Shown here one piece after another: positions 54,482 to 63,262 of a stretch of 64,000 nt of DNA. Made by a program: the position numbers and the translations under genes. Source of the stretch: Oscillospiraceae bacterium (lineage in GTDB: Bacteria; Bacillota; Clostridia; UMGS1883); contig SVJW01000008.1 of assembly GCA_015068735.1 (NCBI GenBank), positions 259 to 64,258 on the forward strand. The letters are read 5' to 3'. The notes beneath the pieces were generated by a model. It ran no database searches and had not been told where the DNA came from. It was given only the letters and a program-made list of their open reading frames with translations. Numbering within the stretch: position 1 is the first letter of the stretch; each line of letters starts with the position of its first letter.

Positions 54482-55420
54482 TACAGGAACTTTTTCCGGT
54501 ACTACAAAATTAAATGCATCATGCACTATCTTAAACTCCGTCTTCCCTGCATCTTCAATTTCACCGTCAATACAGATTTTCATATTTCCGTTAAGCGGAG
54601 TCAGTACCACTTTTTCACAATATTTATTGTGTATTATATTTTCTATATTTTTAAGTTTCATATGCGTTCCTTTCATATAGTAAGGAAGCAAGGTTAAAAA
54701 TTTAAAACGGGAAATATTGAATATTATATTTATGTTTATAAGTCCGTCTTTCACGCAGGCAAGGGGATTACTCTTTATTCCTCCGCCGCAAAAACAACCG
54801 TTGGCAATAGAGGTTAAAAGAAGCGGTCCTTCATGCTCCTGTTTACCGTCAAGCTCTATTTTAAGATTTGCACCTTTCTTTTTTATAAGGATTGCAAAAA
54901 TAGAAAGAAAATACGCCAGCGAGCCTGATATACAAGGTTTCTTTTTCATCCTCGCAGTCATATCTGCCACATTACAGTCGAATCCAATATTAAACATATT
55001 TACGCAATAGCCTGATTTTTCAGTACCGCTAATATGACTTTTGTAGAAAACTGCGTCACATTTTACCGTATTTCCCAAAAACTGTGCCTCAATATCGGAA
55101 AACTCTGTTTCTGTTTTGAAATTACGGCAGAAATCATTTCCTGTTCCCATGGGAATGATACCCACCTCAGAACCGTGACAGTCAATACATCCGTTTACAA
55201 CTTCGCCGAGTGTTCCGTCACCACCGCAAGCAATAAATCTTGCAGCACCATGTTTTTTACAGTAGTTGCGAACAAACTCCGTTGCATCGCCTACCGATTC
55301 TGTAATATATATTTGTGCGTCGCTTTTTAATTTTTCTATAACAGTTTTTATTTTCTCAACTAAGCTTTCGATATTTTTGCCTTGCCCCGCCATAGGGTTT
55401 ACTATGAAAACCGTTTTCAT
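54458..55420 (-). CDS. diacylglycerol kinase-family lipid kinase (YegS/BmrU type), second paralog
   Basis: Motifs FIVNPMAGQGK, ACGGDGTLGEV and PMGTGNDF. Confidence 0.85.
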   Translation of the reverse strand: MKTVFIVNPMAGQGKNIESLVEKIKTVIEKLKSDAQIYITESVGDATEFVRNYCKKHGAARFIACGGDGTLGEVVNGCIDCHGSEVGIIPMGTGNDFCRNFKTETEFSDIEAQFLGNTVKCDAVFYKSHISGTEKSGYCVNMFNIGFDCNVADMTARMKKKPCISGSLAYFLSIFAILIKKKGANLKIELDGKQEHEGPLLLTSIANGCFCGGGIKSNPLACVKDGLININIIFNISRFKFLTLLPYYMKGTHMKLKNIENIIHNKYCEKVVLTPLNGNMKICIDGEIEDAGKTEFKIVHDAFNFVVPEKVPVQKETVVC

Positions 55421-55423
55421 ATA

Positions 55424-56116
55424 TTATTCACCGTCTTTGATAGTAAGTTTACGAAGCATATCCATCTTTGTATCAAGCTCCGTGCTGAGGTTTGCACAAT
55501 AGAGAAGTTCATCCGCCATTTTGTCAGTAAATTCGATATCTTTTTTATATCTTAACTGATGTTCCAGACTTGCCCATGTATCCATGGCAATTGTACGAAG
55601 CTGAATTTCAACCTTCATACTTTTTTTCTCATGTTCTAAAAATATGGGTACGGTAACAATAAGATGAAGCGAACGGTATCCGTTTGGCTTGGGATTTTTT
55701 ATATAATCCTTCTCGCAAATTAGGGTTATATCATCCTGTTTTAAAAGAGCATCACGAAGTGTATAAACATCGTCGGTGAAGGAACATACCACTCGCACAC
55801 CTGCGATATCGTTGAGGTTTTCCTCTATTGCTTCCACACTAAGGTCAATACCCCTGCTCTCCAGTTTTTCGCGGATACTGAAAAGGCTCTTAAGTCTTGT
55901 TTTCATTCCATTTATAGGATTGCGGTCATAGTGGAGAGAGAATTCCTCATTCAACACATTGAATTTTGTTTCAATCTCCATCATAGCGCAGCGGTAGTAT
56001 GCCATCAAGGTATTAAACTTTATCATACGTTCGCTAAGCTCTGCTACACTTGTTTCATTTGTATCTTTAAAAAACGACTGAACTCGTCTTTGATATTCTT
56101 CTTTTTCGTAACGCAA
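55424..56116 (-). CDS. small alarmone synthetase (RelQ/RelP-type GTP pyrophosphokinase)
   Basis: Motifs DIAGVRVVC, KDYIKNPKPNGYRSLHLIV and EIQLRTIAMDTWASLEHQLRYK. Confidence 0.88.
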   Translation of the reverse strand: MRYEKEEYQRRVQSFFKDTNETSVAELSERMIKFNTLMAYYRCAMMEIETKFNVLNEEFSLHYDRNPINGMKTRLKSLFSIREKLESRGIDLSVEAIEENLNDIAGVRVVCSFTDDVYTLRDALLKQDDITLICEKDYIKNPKPNGYRSLHLIVTVPIFLEHEKKSMKVEIQLRTIAMDTWASLEHQLRYKKDIEFTDKMADELLYCANLSTELDTKMDMLRKLTIKDGE

Positions 56117-56125
56117 AATCTCACC

Positions 56126-56455
56126 TCAATTTTTCTTTTTTTGCTCTTTCTTTATATAAGAACGCCTTTTGTCGCTGTAATACGGAAATTTCACCTTAAT
56201 AAAAATGTATTCTCCTATACAAAGTATAAGGTTAACCGCAACTATAGCAATTAAAGCTATAACAAACTTGTCAAAGTAAAGATATGCCCTCGGTGTTTTA
56301 ATAAATACTACAGCGGCAATTATCATAGCAATAAAGCTCAGCAATGTTGTAAGAACCATAGCTGCTATTCCGTACCTGTTTACTTTTATGACAGTTTTTT
56401 TCTGCTCTTCCGTTAATTCTGCAACCTGTTCCTCTATAGGTCTTGTATCTTTCAT
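56126..56455 (-). CDS. small 2-TM membrane protein, first gene of the alarmone synthetase operon
   Basis: The start MKDTRP follows a GAGAGGA SD. It ends 9 nt before the synthetase start. Confidence 0.6.
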   Translation of the reverse strand: MKDTRPIEEQVAELTEEQKKTVIKVNRYGIAAMVLTTLLSFIAMIIAAVVFIKTPRAYLYFDKFVIALIAIVAVNLILCIGEYIFIKVKFPYYSDKRRSYIKKEQKKKN

Positions 56456-56513
56456 AAGTTTTCCTCTCAATATACAATGTTTATTTTATTCTATCATAAA
56501 ATATCACATAAGT

Positions 56514-56547
56514 AAATAAGTGTCTGTAAAAATACAGACACTTATTT
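56514..56547 (-). terminator. intrinsic terminator ending the two-component operon
   Basis: A 15-bp stem pairs aaataagtgtctgta with tacagacacttattt, with an aaaa loop. Confidence 0.75.
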
Positions 56548-56925
56548 TTATTTCATCAATTCATCCGTCAATTTTATAATTTCCGGAGCTATTTTTTCAC
56601 GTTCTTTTTTAATCGTTCTTTTATAAACAGGATAAGCAACCGATACCATAGCCATTCCCATGACACCGATAACAATGCCCGGGATAAAGAATTTACCGCC
56701 AAATTCCATAACAAAGCTCATTCCCGTACCGAGTACCAATGATCCGATAACACCAATACTTATGGCTTTTTTTAAAGCTTTCTGGCTGACGCTTTTATCA
56801 AGAGTTCTGAGCTGTTCCATTTTATCCGGCTCTTTTGGGATGTATTTGTCGCGGATACGCTTTACTTCATCCCGTTTTTCTGCCGAATAAGTATAGCTGA
56901 AAGATTGATTTTTATAATTCTCCAT
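56548..56925 (-). CDS. small 2-TM protein, paralog A of a duplicated family
   Basis: The start MENYKNQ follows an AAGGAG SD. It is about 30% identical by eye to the product of 59910..60284. Shared residues fit the pattern IR..YI.KE...L..LD..V, then G.GMS.VM, then YP.YK. Confidence 0.65.
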   Translation of the reverse strand: MENYKNQSFSYTYSAEKRDEVKRIRDKYIPKEPDKMEQLRTLDKSVSQKALKKAISIGVIGSLVLGTGMSFVMEFGGKFFIPGIVIGVMGMAMVSVAYPVYKRTIKKEREKIAPEIIKLTDELMK

Positions 56926-57811
56926 TGTTTTTACTCCTTTTAAGTATATTGCGACTCCTCCGTATGGTGTATATGGATATGGTAAGAACAATTATACTGA
57001 TTCCTGCACCTGTTAATATAATCATCAGTCTGCGCACTTGCGGAGATGTTTCTCCGCCAAATTGAGAAAACATAGCCGTTTCAAGAGCTAACATAGACAT
57101 CAGCGCAGATGCAAGATTTATAATTTTAGTCATTGACATCACAGGGCTTTTGTACTTTCTGTATTTAAACATCCCCACAATTGCGGCAGTTGTAATATAG
57201 AAAGTGTACATTGCCACCACATATATCAAAAATCCATAATACTCAAATCCTCTGTCAAAATAAACCATCATAAGCACAGCGCCTGAAAGCGAAATGTTTA
57301 CTGTCATTAAAATATAAGCACAGAGTTCAGAACGTTTCAGTTCTTTCAAATAGTTTTTTCCTATGCCCTCTTTGTGAACATATCGAAGCAACAAAAACCT
57401 CATGACCGCCATAATGGTATAATAAGCTGCAAAAAGTGTAAACCATGCTGTAGAAAAATAAATTCCGAAAAACAAGTTTAATGCTGCATACAAAAGGTTG
57501 AAAAAAAGCGACCTGTAAAGATTTATATGGGTTTTAAAGACAGGATCTGTCATGTATCTGTTTCCGAATTGGTTACTGTAAATTTTATTCTTAATCTTTT
57601 TATAGTATCCCGGAAAAACAGTTGCACAGGCAATACTCACCACGATAAGGGTATAAAAAGAAAGTACATATATTACATATGCTATGGGAGTTTCTTCCCA
57701 CCCTTTTACAAAAACAGCAATAAGAGATACCGCACTTATAACAGTTAATACAACTGTCAACCATATTGGCGGAAACAGAAGTTTTATATAGTCGCGTTTT
57801 TTATCTTTCAT
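56912..57811 (-). CDS. polytopic membrane protein of unknown function downstream of the histidine kinase
   Basis: 299 aa with 6-7 TM segments. It overlaps the kinase stop by 11 nt. Confidence 0.7.
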   Translation of the reverse strand: MKDKKRDYIKLLFPPIWLTVVLTVISAVSLIAVFVKGWEETPIAYVIYVLSFYTLIVVSIACATVFPGYYKKIKNKIYSNQFGNRYMTDPVFKTHINLYRSLFFNLLYAALNLFFGIYFSTAWFTLFAAYYTIMAVMRFLLLRYVHKEGIGKNYLKELKRSELCAYILMTVNISLSGAVLMMVYFDRGFEYYGFLIYVVAMYTFYITTAAIVGMFKYRKYKSPVMSMTKIINLASALMSMLALETAMFSQFGGETSPQVRRLMIILTGAGISIIVLTISIYTIRRSRNILKRSKNNGEL

Positions 57812-58877
57812 CTGAAACCTCTTTAAATTCTACGGCAAAGCTGCTCCCTTTTCCTACAACACTTTCAACACGGATTTCACCATGCATAATATCAATAACT
57901 CTCTTAACAAGAGCGAGACCAAGCCCGTTTCCCCTTGTTGAGTGAGAAGTATCACCCTGATAGAATTTTTCAAATATATGAGCTCCTACTTCAGGCGTCA
58001 TACCGCATCCGGTGTCTTCAACCTTTACAATTATACTGTCTCCGTTTCGTTTAAGGCTTGCAGAAACAGTTCCTCCTTCATTGGTGAATTTCATAGCATT
58101 TGAAAAAAGATTATTCCATACAAGGGACAGCAGTTCTCTGTCAGAACATATTTTTACTTCGTCTTCAATATCTGTTTCAATATTTATATTCTTCTTTTCC
58201 CATTCATTTTCAAACTGCAGAAGGCATTCGCAAAGTTGTTCACTAAGGTCATACTCTTCAAAATTCGGGAATATCTGCTGATTTTCAAGTTTATTGAGTT
58301 TTAGGATATTTGTAATCAGGTCAGATAATCTGCGCGATGCGTCTGTAATTCCTTTTGAATACTCCAGTCTTTTTTCTTCGGAAAGTTCCGGTTGCTGAAG
58401 CATTGTTCCGTAATTTTGCATAACCGCCAGCGGAGTTTTAAGTTCATGAGAAACATTCGCTATAAAATCTGTGCGAAGTGTTTCCGTTCCCGATAATTCC
58501 TCCGCCATTTTGTTAAAACATTCTATGATTTTATTGAAACCCTCATCGGCAAATGGAGTATTCACAGGTTCAACACGTACGCTGAAATCACCCTTGGTGA
58601 TTTTTTGAGCTGCGCTTAAGATTTTATTAACGGGTCTGTTTACCGTGTGCCAACGCCTTATAATGTCAAGTACGGTAAATAAAAAGCTTATGAATAAAAC
58701 ATTTATAAAAGTAAGTTTTGCGGCTTTTGAAATATGTTCTTTTGTAAAGGTAATATCAAGACTGCTTGACAACACCGAAACGAAAAGCAACAAGCAACAG
58801 GTAATTACAAATGCCACTAACAGGAAAAATACAATCCAATGCCTTATTCCTTTTGACCACTGAGAATGTTTTTTCAT
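57801..58877 (-). CDS. sensor histidine kinase
   Basis: It has 2 TM segments and a HAMP-like linker. The H-box is SHELKTPL, with N and G boxes NAMKFT and DTGCGM...GLGLALV. Confidence 0.9.
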   Translation of the reverse strand: MKKHSQWSKGIRHWIVFFLLVAFVITCCLLLFVSVLSSSLDITFTKEHISKAAKLTFINVLFISFLFTVLDIIRRWHTVNRPVNKILSAAQKITKGDFSVRVEPVNTPFADEGFNKIIECFNKMAEELSGTETLRTDFIANVSHELKTPLAVMQNYGTMLQQPELSEEKRLEYSKGITDASRRLSDLITNILKLNKLENQQIFPNFEEYDLSEQLCECLLQFENEWEKKNINIETDIEDEVKICSDRELLSLVWNNLFSNAMKFTNEGGTVSASLKRNGDSIIVKVEDTGCGMTPEVGAHIFEKFYQGDTSHSTRGNGLGLALVKRVIDIMHGEIRVESVVGKGSSFAVEFKEVSDER

Positions 58878-59545
58878 TTTAGCACCACCTTATACCCAAG
58901 TCCGTGAACGGTTACAATTTCAAATCCGTCACAATCAGAAAGTTTACTGCGCAGTTTTGTCATATACACATCCACGCTTCTGGGGGCAGATGCCGTTTCA
59001 GCATCCCAGAATTCATCCATAAGCTGAGTACGGGTAAATGTCTTTTTCGGGTAACTGAGAAGTTTATATAGAATATTAAACTCGCGTGCGGTCATGGGAA
59101 CTTCATCACCGTTTAAATATGCGGTATGTTCGTCTGCATCCATTTTGAAGTTTCCTATCTCTATCTGGCGGCTTGATGCAATTTTTGCACGCCTCAAAAG
59201 TGCGCCTATACGCAAAAACAGTTCATCAAGATCTATTGGTTTTACCATATAATCGTCAATTCCTACGCGATACCCTCTCTGCTTTGAGGCAAAGTCGTCT
59301 CTTGCGGTCATAAACAGAATCGGGATTTCCTCATTCAGTTCACGAACGGTCTTTACAAATTCAAATCCGTCTATGCCTGGCATCATTATATCCGAAACAA
59401 TTAAGTCAAACACCTGTTCATACATTGCATCGTAGGCTTCATCTGCAGACAGACATCCGGTTGCTGTATAACCGCTGTGATTCAGGAAAGAACACACGGT
59501 TTTATTTAAATCACGGTCATCTTCGACTACCAATATCTGAAACAT
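58874..59545 (-). CDS. OmpR-family response regulator
   Basis: Receiver domain MFQILVVEDD...DLIVSDIMMPG, with a winged-helix C-terminus ending VHGLGYK. Confidence 0.92.
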   Translation of the reverse strand: MFQILVVEDDRDLNKTVCSFLNHSGYTATGCLSADEAYDAMYEQVFDLIVSDIMMPGIDGFEFVKTVRELNEEIPILFMTARDDFASKQRGYRVGIDDYMVKPIDLDELFLRIGALLRRAKIASSRQIEIGNFKMDADEHTAYLNGDEVPMTAREFNILYKLLSYPKKTFTRTQLMDEFWDAETASAPRSVDVYMTKLRSKLSDCDGFEIVTVHGLGYKVVLK

Positions 59546-59625
59546 AGATTTATCCTCCAATGCACTGTTTTTCTCTATTATAACATGGAAATGTTAAAGT
59601 TTTGTTTACGTTTTTCACTTTTTCC

Positions 59626-59656
59626 AAAAAAAAATAGCGGCGTTTTCTACGCCGCA
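59626..59656 (-). terminator. intrinsic terminator
   Basis: On the minus strand: gcggcgt, loop agaaa, then acgccgc, followed by a T-run of 9. Confidence 0.8.
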
Positions 59657-59661
59657 ACCTT

Positions 59662-59913
59662 TTACTTTTTAGCATTATCAATGCGTTTTTGAGCCTCGGC
59701 TGTTCTTTCTTTTGCAGATGCAATCTGCTTATCGCGTTCCGCCTGCATCATTGCTTTACGCTTTTCGGGATTTCGCATTGCCTTTGCTTCCTCCCACTGA
59801 GCTTTTGATTCAGCTTTTGCTGCTTCAAAATTCGCCTTGTCTACTTCGTGCTGTGCTTTTGTGCTTTCTTTCATATCACGAAAAGCATTTTTAAAAAATT
59901 CTTTTATACTCAT
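59662..59913 (-). CDS. 83-aa Lys/Ala/Glu-rich predicted coiled-coil protein
   Basis: Its start overlaps the upstream stop in the sequence ATGA. The composition is helical and low-complexity. Confidence 0.6.
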   Translation of the reverse strand: MSIKEFFKNAFRDMKESTKAQHEVDKANFEAAKAESKAQWEEAKAMRNPEKRKAMMQAERDKQIASAKERTAEAQKRIDNAKK

Positions 59914-60284
59914 TGTCCCTGACCTCCTATGATTTCATTACTGAGAGCTATAATCTGATCTGCATATTTTCTACGGCGTGAACTGAGAATGTTCTTGTAA
60001 ATAGGATAGTTTACTATTACCAGAAGCATACCTATAATTCCTACGGTGATACCGGTAATAAGTGTATTTTTAATTCCGAGTATCGCTCCTATATCGGTCA
60101 TTACAAGGCTCATGCCACTTCCCATAATAAGAGAGGCAATTGTGCCGAAGATGTATGCAAACATTTTTGCAGGTTTTTTCACTTTTCTGTCAAGCTCTTT
60201 AAGTAAGTCAAGTTCAGTATGCTCCTTTTCAATGTACTGAGTGCGGATTTTTTGTACGAGAAATGCCTGATCGTTTTTGTTCAT
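59910..60284 (-). CDS. small 2-TM protein, paralog B of a duplicated family
   Basis: The start MNKNDQ follows a GGGAAG SD. It is a paralog of 56548..56925. Confidence 0.65.
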   Translation of the reverse strand: MNKNDQAFLVQKIRTQYIEKEHTELDLLKELDRKVKKPAKMFAYIFGTIASLIMGSGMSLVMTDIGAILGIKNTLITGITVGIIGMLLVIVNYPIYKNILSSRRRKYADQIIALSNEIIGGQGQ

Positions 60285-60376
60285 GATTATCTTCCCTTTC
60301 TTTGTTGTTATAATTGCATTATAATGGGCTGATGTTTTCAAAATTTTTAAAAAATGTTTTAGTTTTGTTAAAGTTC

Positions 60377-60413
60377 AAAAAGAGCTTGAAACTTTTTCGT
60401 TTCAAGCTCTTTT
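60377..60413 (-). terminator. intrinsic terminator after the DUF2130-like gene
   Basis: A 15-bp stem pairs aaaagagcttgaaac with gtttcaagctctttt. Confidence 0.75.
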
Positions 60414-60414
60414 C

Positions 60415-61623
60415 TTAGTCGTTTTGTTCCAACTCGGCAAATTTTGCCGCCATAGTAGGATTATTTCTGGTTAACCTTTTTATTGAAAGTTCTTCCGCTT
60501 TATTATTAGCTAATCTGAGATTATTTTCCGAAGACAAAAGGGCATCTTTTGTTTTCTGCAAATGATCTATCGTCTTATCAATCTCGTCAATTGCTTTTTT
60601 AAATTTTTCACTTGCCAGTCTGTAATTTCTGGAAAACTTGTCTTTAAAGTCATTCATATCTTCTTCAAAGTGAGATATGTCAATGTTCTGATTTCTTATA
60701 ACCGCTAATTCCTGTTTGTACTGCAATGCGTTTAATGATGCATTTCTGAGCAGGGTTATCATCGGAATAAAAAACTGAGGTCTTATAACATACATTTTCG
60801 GGTATCTGTATGACACGTCAACGATACCTGTGTTATAGAGTTCATTATCTGCCTCCAATAAGGAAACCAAAACGGCATACTCACATTTTTTCTCGTTTCT
60901 GTCTTTGTCAAGTTCTTTAAAGAAGTCTTCGTTTTTGTGTTTGGTGGCAGTTTCATCCATTTCGTTCTTCATTTCAAACATTATAGAAATGAACTCTGTA
61001 CCGTCGTCTGCAAATTCTCTGAAAATGAAATCGCCTTTACTACCTGTTTTTGCGTCGTTATCTTTTTCAAAATATGCATTCTGAAAACCTGTGGCACGAA
61101 GTTTGTTAAACTCTATCTCACAATGCTGCTCTAAGGTTTCACCAACCATTTTCGTTGACTGTCTGGCTTTTAAGTCTCTGTAATATGCAATCTGCTCTTC
61201 TTTGTCTTTTAATTTCTCTTCATAGTTTTCTTTAAGTGTCTGCTCCTTCAGTCTGGCAGTCTTTTCGTTGGTTTCAATTTGACCGTTAAGAAGGGCAATT
61301 TTTTCCTTTTGATTGGATATTTCTTCTTCTTTTTTTAAAACAGCTTCATTTATTGCCAGTCTTTTTTCCGTTTCAAGAGAATCAATTTTTGATTGCAGTT
61401 GAACGATTTCAGCATCTTTTTTTGCAAGTTCTTTATTAAGTTTTTCAGCAGTTTCTGCCTGTGCAAGTTTTACTGCCGCCTCTTTTTCATTTGTATAGTA
61501 ATTTTCCCGTTGTTCGATTTCCTTGGAAAATTCCCTGTCCCTTACCTGTTTTGCTATTGAGTCATAGCTTGATTCATCTACCTGAAAAACTTCTCCGCAA
61601 TTGGGGCATTTTATCTCTTGCAT
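60415..61623 (-). CDS. DUF2130-like protein with a zinc ribbon, a long coiled coil and a putative PD-(D/E)xK C-domain
   Basis: The N-terminus is [18 protein letters not shown]. About 150 aa of heptad-like E/K-rich sequence follows. The C-terminal part reads [11 protein letters not shown]...[10 protein letters not shown]. Confidence 0.7.
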   Translation of the reverse strand: MQEIKCPNCGEVFQVDESSYDSIAKQVRDREFSKEIEQRENYYTNEKEAAVKLAQAETAEKLNKELAKKDAEIVQLQSKIDSLETEKRLAINEAVLKKEEEISNQKEKIALLNGQIETNEKTARLKEQTLKENYEEKLKDKEEQIAYYRDLKARQSTKMVGETLEQHCEIEFNKLRATGFQNAYFEKDNDAKTGSKGDFIFREFADDGTEFISIMFEMKNEMDETATKHKNEDFFKELDKDRNEKKCEYAVLVSLLEADNELYNTGIVDVSYRYPKMYVIRPQFFIPMITLLRNASLNALQYKQELAVIRNQNIDISHFEEDMNDFKDKFSRNYRLASEKFKKAIDEIDKTIDHLQKTKDALLSSENNLRLANNKAEELSIKRLTRNNPTMAAKFAELEQND

Positions 61624-61705
61624 ATGAATTCTCCTCTGTATAAATCTTCATTTTAATTATATATCAAAATCGCAGATTTGTAAAGATAAAAAGGGACTGG
61701 ACAAA

Positions 61706-63247
61706 TCAGTTTACTAATTTATGAACTAAATAACTTCCATTATTCTGTTTTTTACATATTACATAAAACTTGTTTTCAAAAGGTGGTTGATTTTTTCCTT
61801 TAATATTATGTTCTGCTGTTACAGTTACATAATAAACCGACATATCATCAGAGTTAGTTTCTAACAGTTTTATATCATTTTCTGATAATGTAAATCGAGT
61901 ATGCTCCGGTTTCTTAAAATAGAAGTCAAGAAGTTCATCAGCATCTATTTTTGAATAGTTATCTAACGTTGCTCTCGTCATACCGGAACACATTTCGTAA
62001 TCGCCAATATAACCTTTGGCAATAAATTCATTAGTTACAAGCGTTTTCATTGTTTTAAGGTCTGATTTATCAAATGCTTTGAAAAAGTTTAGGAGTGCTG
62101 TTTCGGAATTATCCATAAATGATTTATTTATAGTTGTCAAATCAATTACAGTATTTATATCAAGTCCGAAATATCCCAAAAGCATTGAGTTGTCCCCATC
62201 GCCGTAATCATAATAGGTATCTCCGCTTTTAAAAACTGCACAACTATCTGTTGCAATGGTTACAAAGCCTTTTACCCCGTCTTTTCTTGTAAATATCAAC
62301 TCCGCATTAAAAGGACAAGCAGTCCCTCCCATCTTTATCTTGGTTGCCGATGAAAAAGCTTCCTCAATTTCAGTATGAGCATTAGTAGTAGCAAGGGGAT
62401 ATTTTATTCCTCCGACAACAAGCTCAACATCAACAATATTATGTATATCTGCAGGCGAAAACTCTCCCACTTGTGATGCCACCGGCATATAATTATTATT
62501 GAAAACATACTTATGTATGATTTCTCCATCAGCTTTATTAACAGTTATAATCTGAATACCGTTTACCGTTCCTGTTTCAGATGTCAGATAGTATATTTTT
62601 CCCTCATTCACAATACAGTTGTTACTATACCAACCAATAGGATTTTCTACTGTCGTAAATGTATCTGCTATTTCCGTGAACAGTTCTGCATTTTTGGGCA
62701 TATTGCCTTTTTTTACAGCACCATTATCAAGCATTACGATATATTTGTCAAAATTTTTTACTTCATCATCAGCTCCTGCAGAGGAAAGGTAAGCATATCG
62801 CCCATCCTTGCTTATTTTAATATCAAGAACACTACTTCCCTGTTGTCCATAAGCTATGTTCAGCTTTTTAAGATTTATAACAAAATCAAATTCAGAACTT
62901 AACATGGGGTTAAGGTTGGTATCCTGTCTATCGATAATAAAAAGTCCTTCTCCATAATGAAATACTACCTTACTGTCATCTGCATAATAGATATCCGCCA
63001 TTACCGCACCTATAGGGCGGTTAACAAAATCGGCAAACTCACTTTCTGTCATTGTATAATCTTTGTTTTTATCAATGTTTGAAGCAATAATCACAGAAGC
63101 AAAAGCTATAACAAGGAGGATTCCTGCAAATATAAGAAATGCCATCATTTTTGAAACTCTTCCCGTTTTAGAACGGATTTTAGAAAATCTGTTTTGCAGT
63201 TTTTTCTTATCCATACTCATCTTTGTTGTATACAGGTTTTCAAACAT
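61706..63247 (-). CDS. membrane-anchored extracytoplasmic protein of unknown function, downstream of the BlaR1-like gene
   Basis: 513 aa with AAGGAGG SD and a single N-terminal TM segment. It starts 15 nt after the BlaR1-like stop. Confidence 0.7.
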   Translation of the reverse strand: MFENLYTTKMSMDKKKLQNRFSKIRSKTGRVSKMMAFLIFAGILLVIAFASVIIASNIDKNKDYTMTESEFADFVNRPIGAVMADIYYADDSKVVFHYGEGLFIIDRQDTNLNPMLSSEFDFVINLKKLNIAYGQQGSSVLDIKISKDGRYAYLSSAGADDEVKNFDKYIVMLDNGAVKKGNMPKNAELFTEIADTFTTVENPIGWYSNNCIVNEGKIYYLTSETGTVNGIQIITVNKADGEIIHKYVFNNNYMPVASQVGEFSPADIHNIVDVELVVGGIKYPLATTNAHTEIEEAFSSATKIKMGGTACPFNAELIFTRKDGVKGFVTIATDSCAVFKSGDTYYDYGDGDNSMLLGYFGLDINTVIDLTTINKSFMDNSETALLNFFKAFDKSDLKTMKTLVTNEFIAKGYIGDYEMCSGMTRATLDNYSKIDADELLDFYFKKPEHTRFTLSENDIKLLETNSDDMSVYYVTVTAEHNIKGKNQPPFENKFYVICKKQNNGSYLVHKLVN

Positions 63248-63262
63248 ATAAAATTCGCCTCC

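Noticed and set aside
54252-54697. Two ORFs on opposite strands that both begin MLTNYCFF
   Set aside because: They are an artefact of the perfect 44-bp palindrome at 54438-54481. Both lie antisense to real genes.
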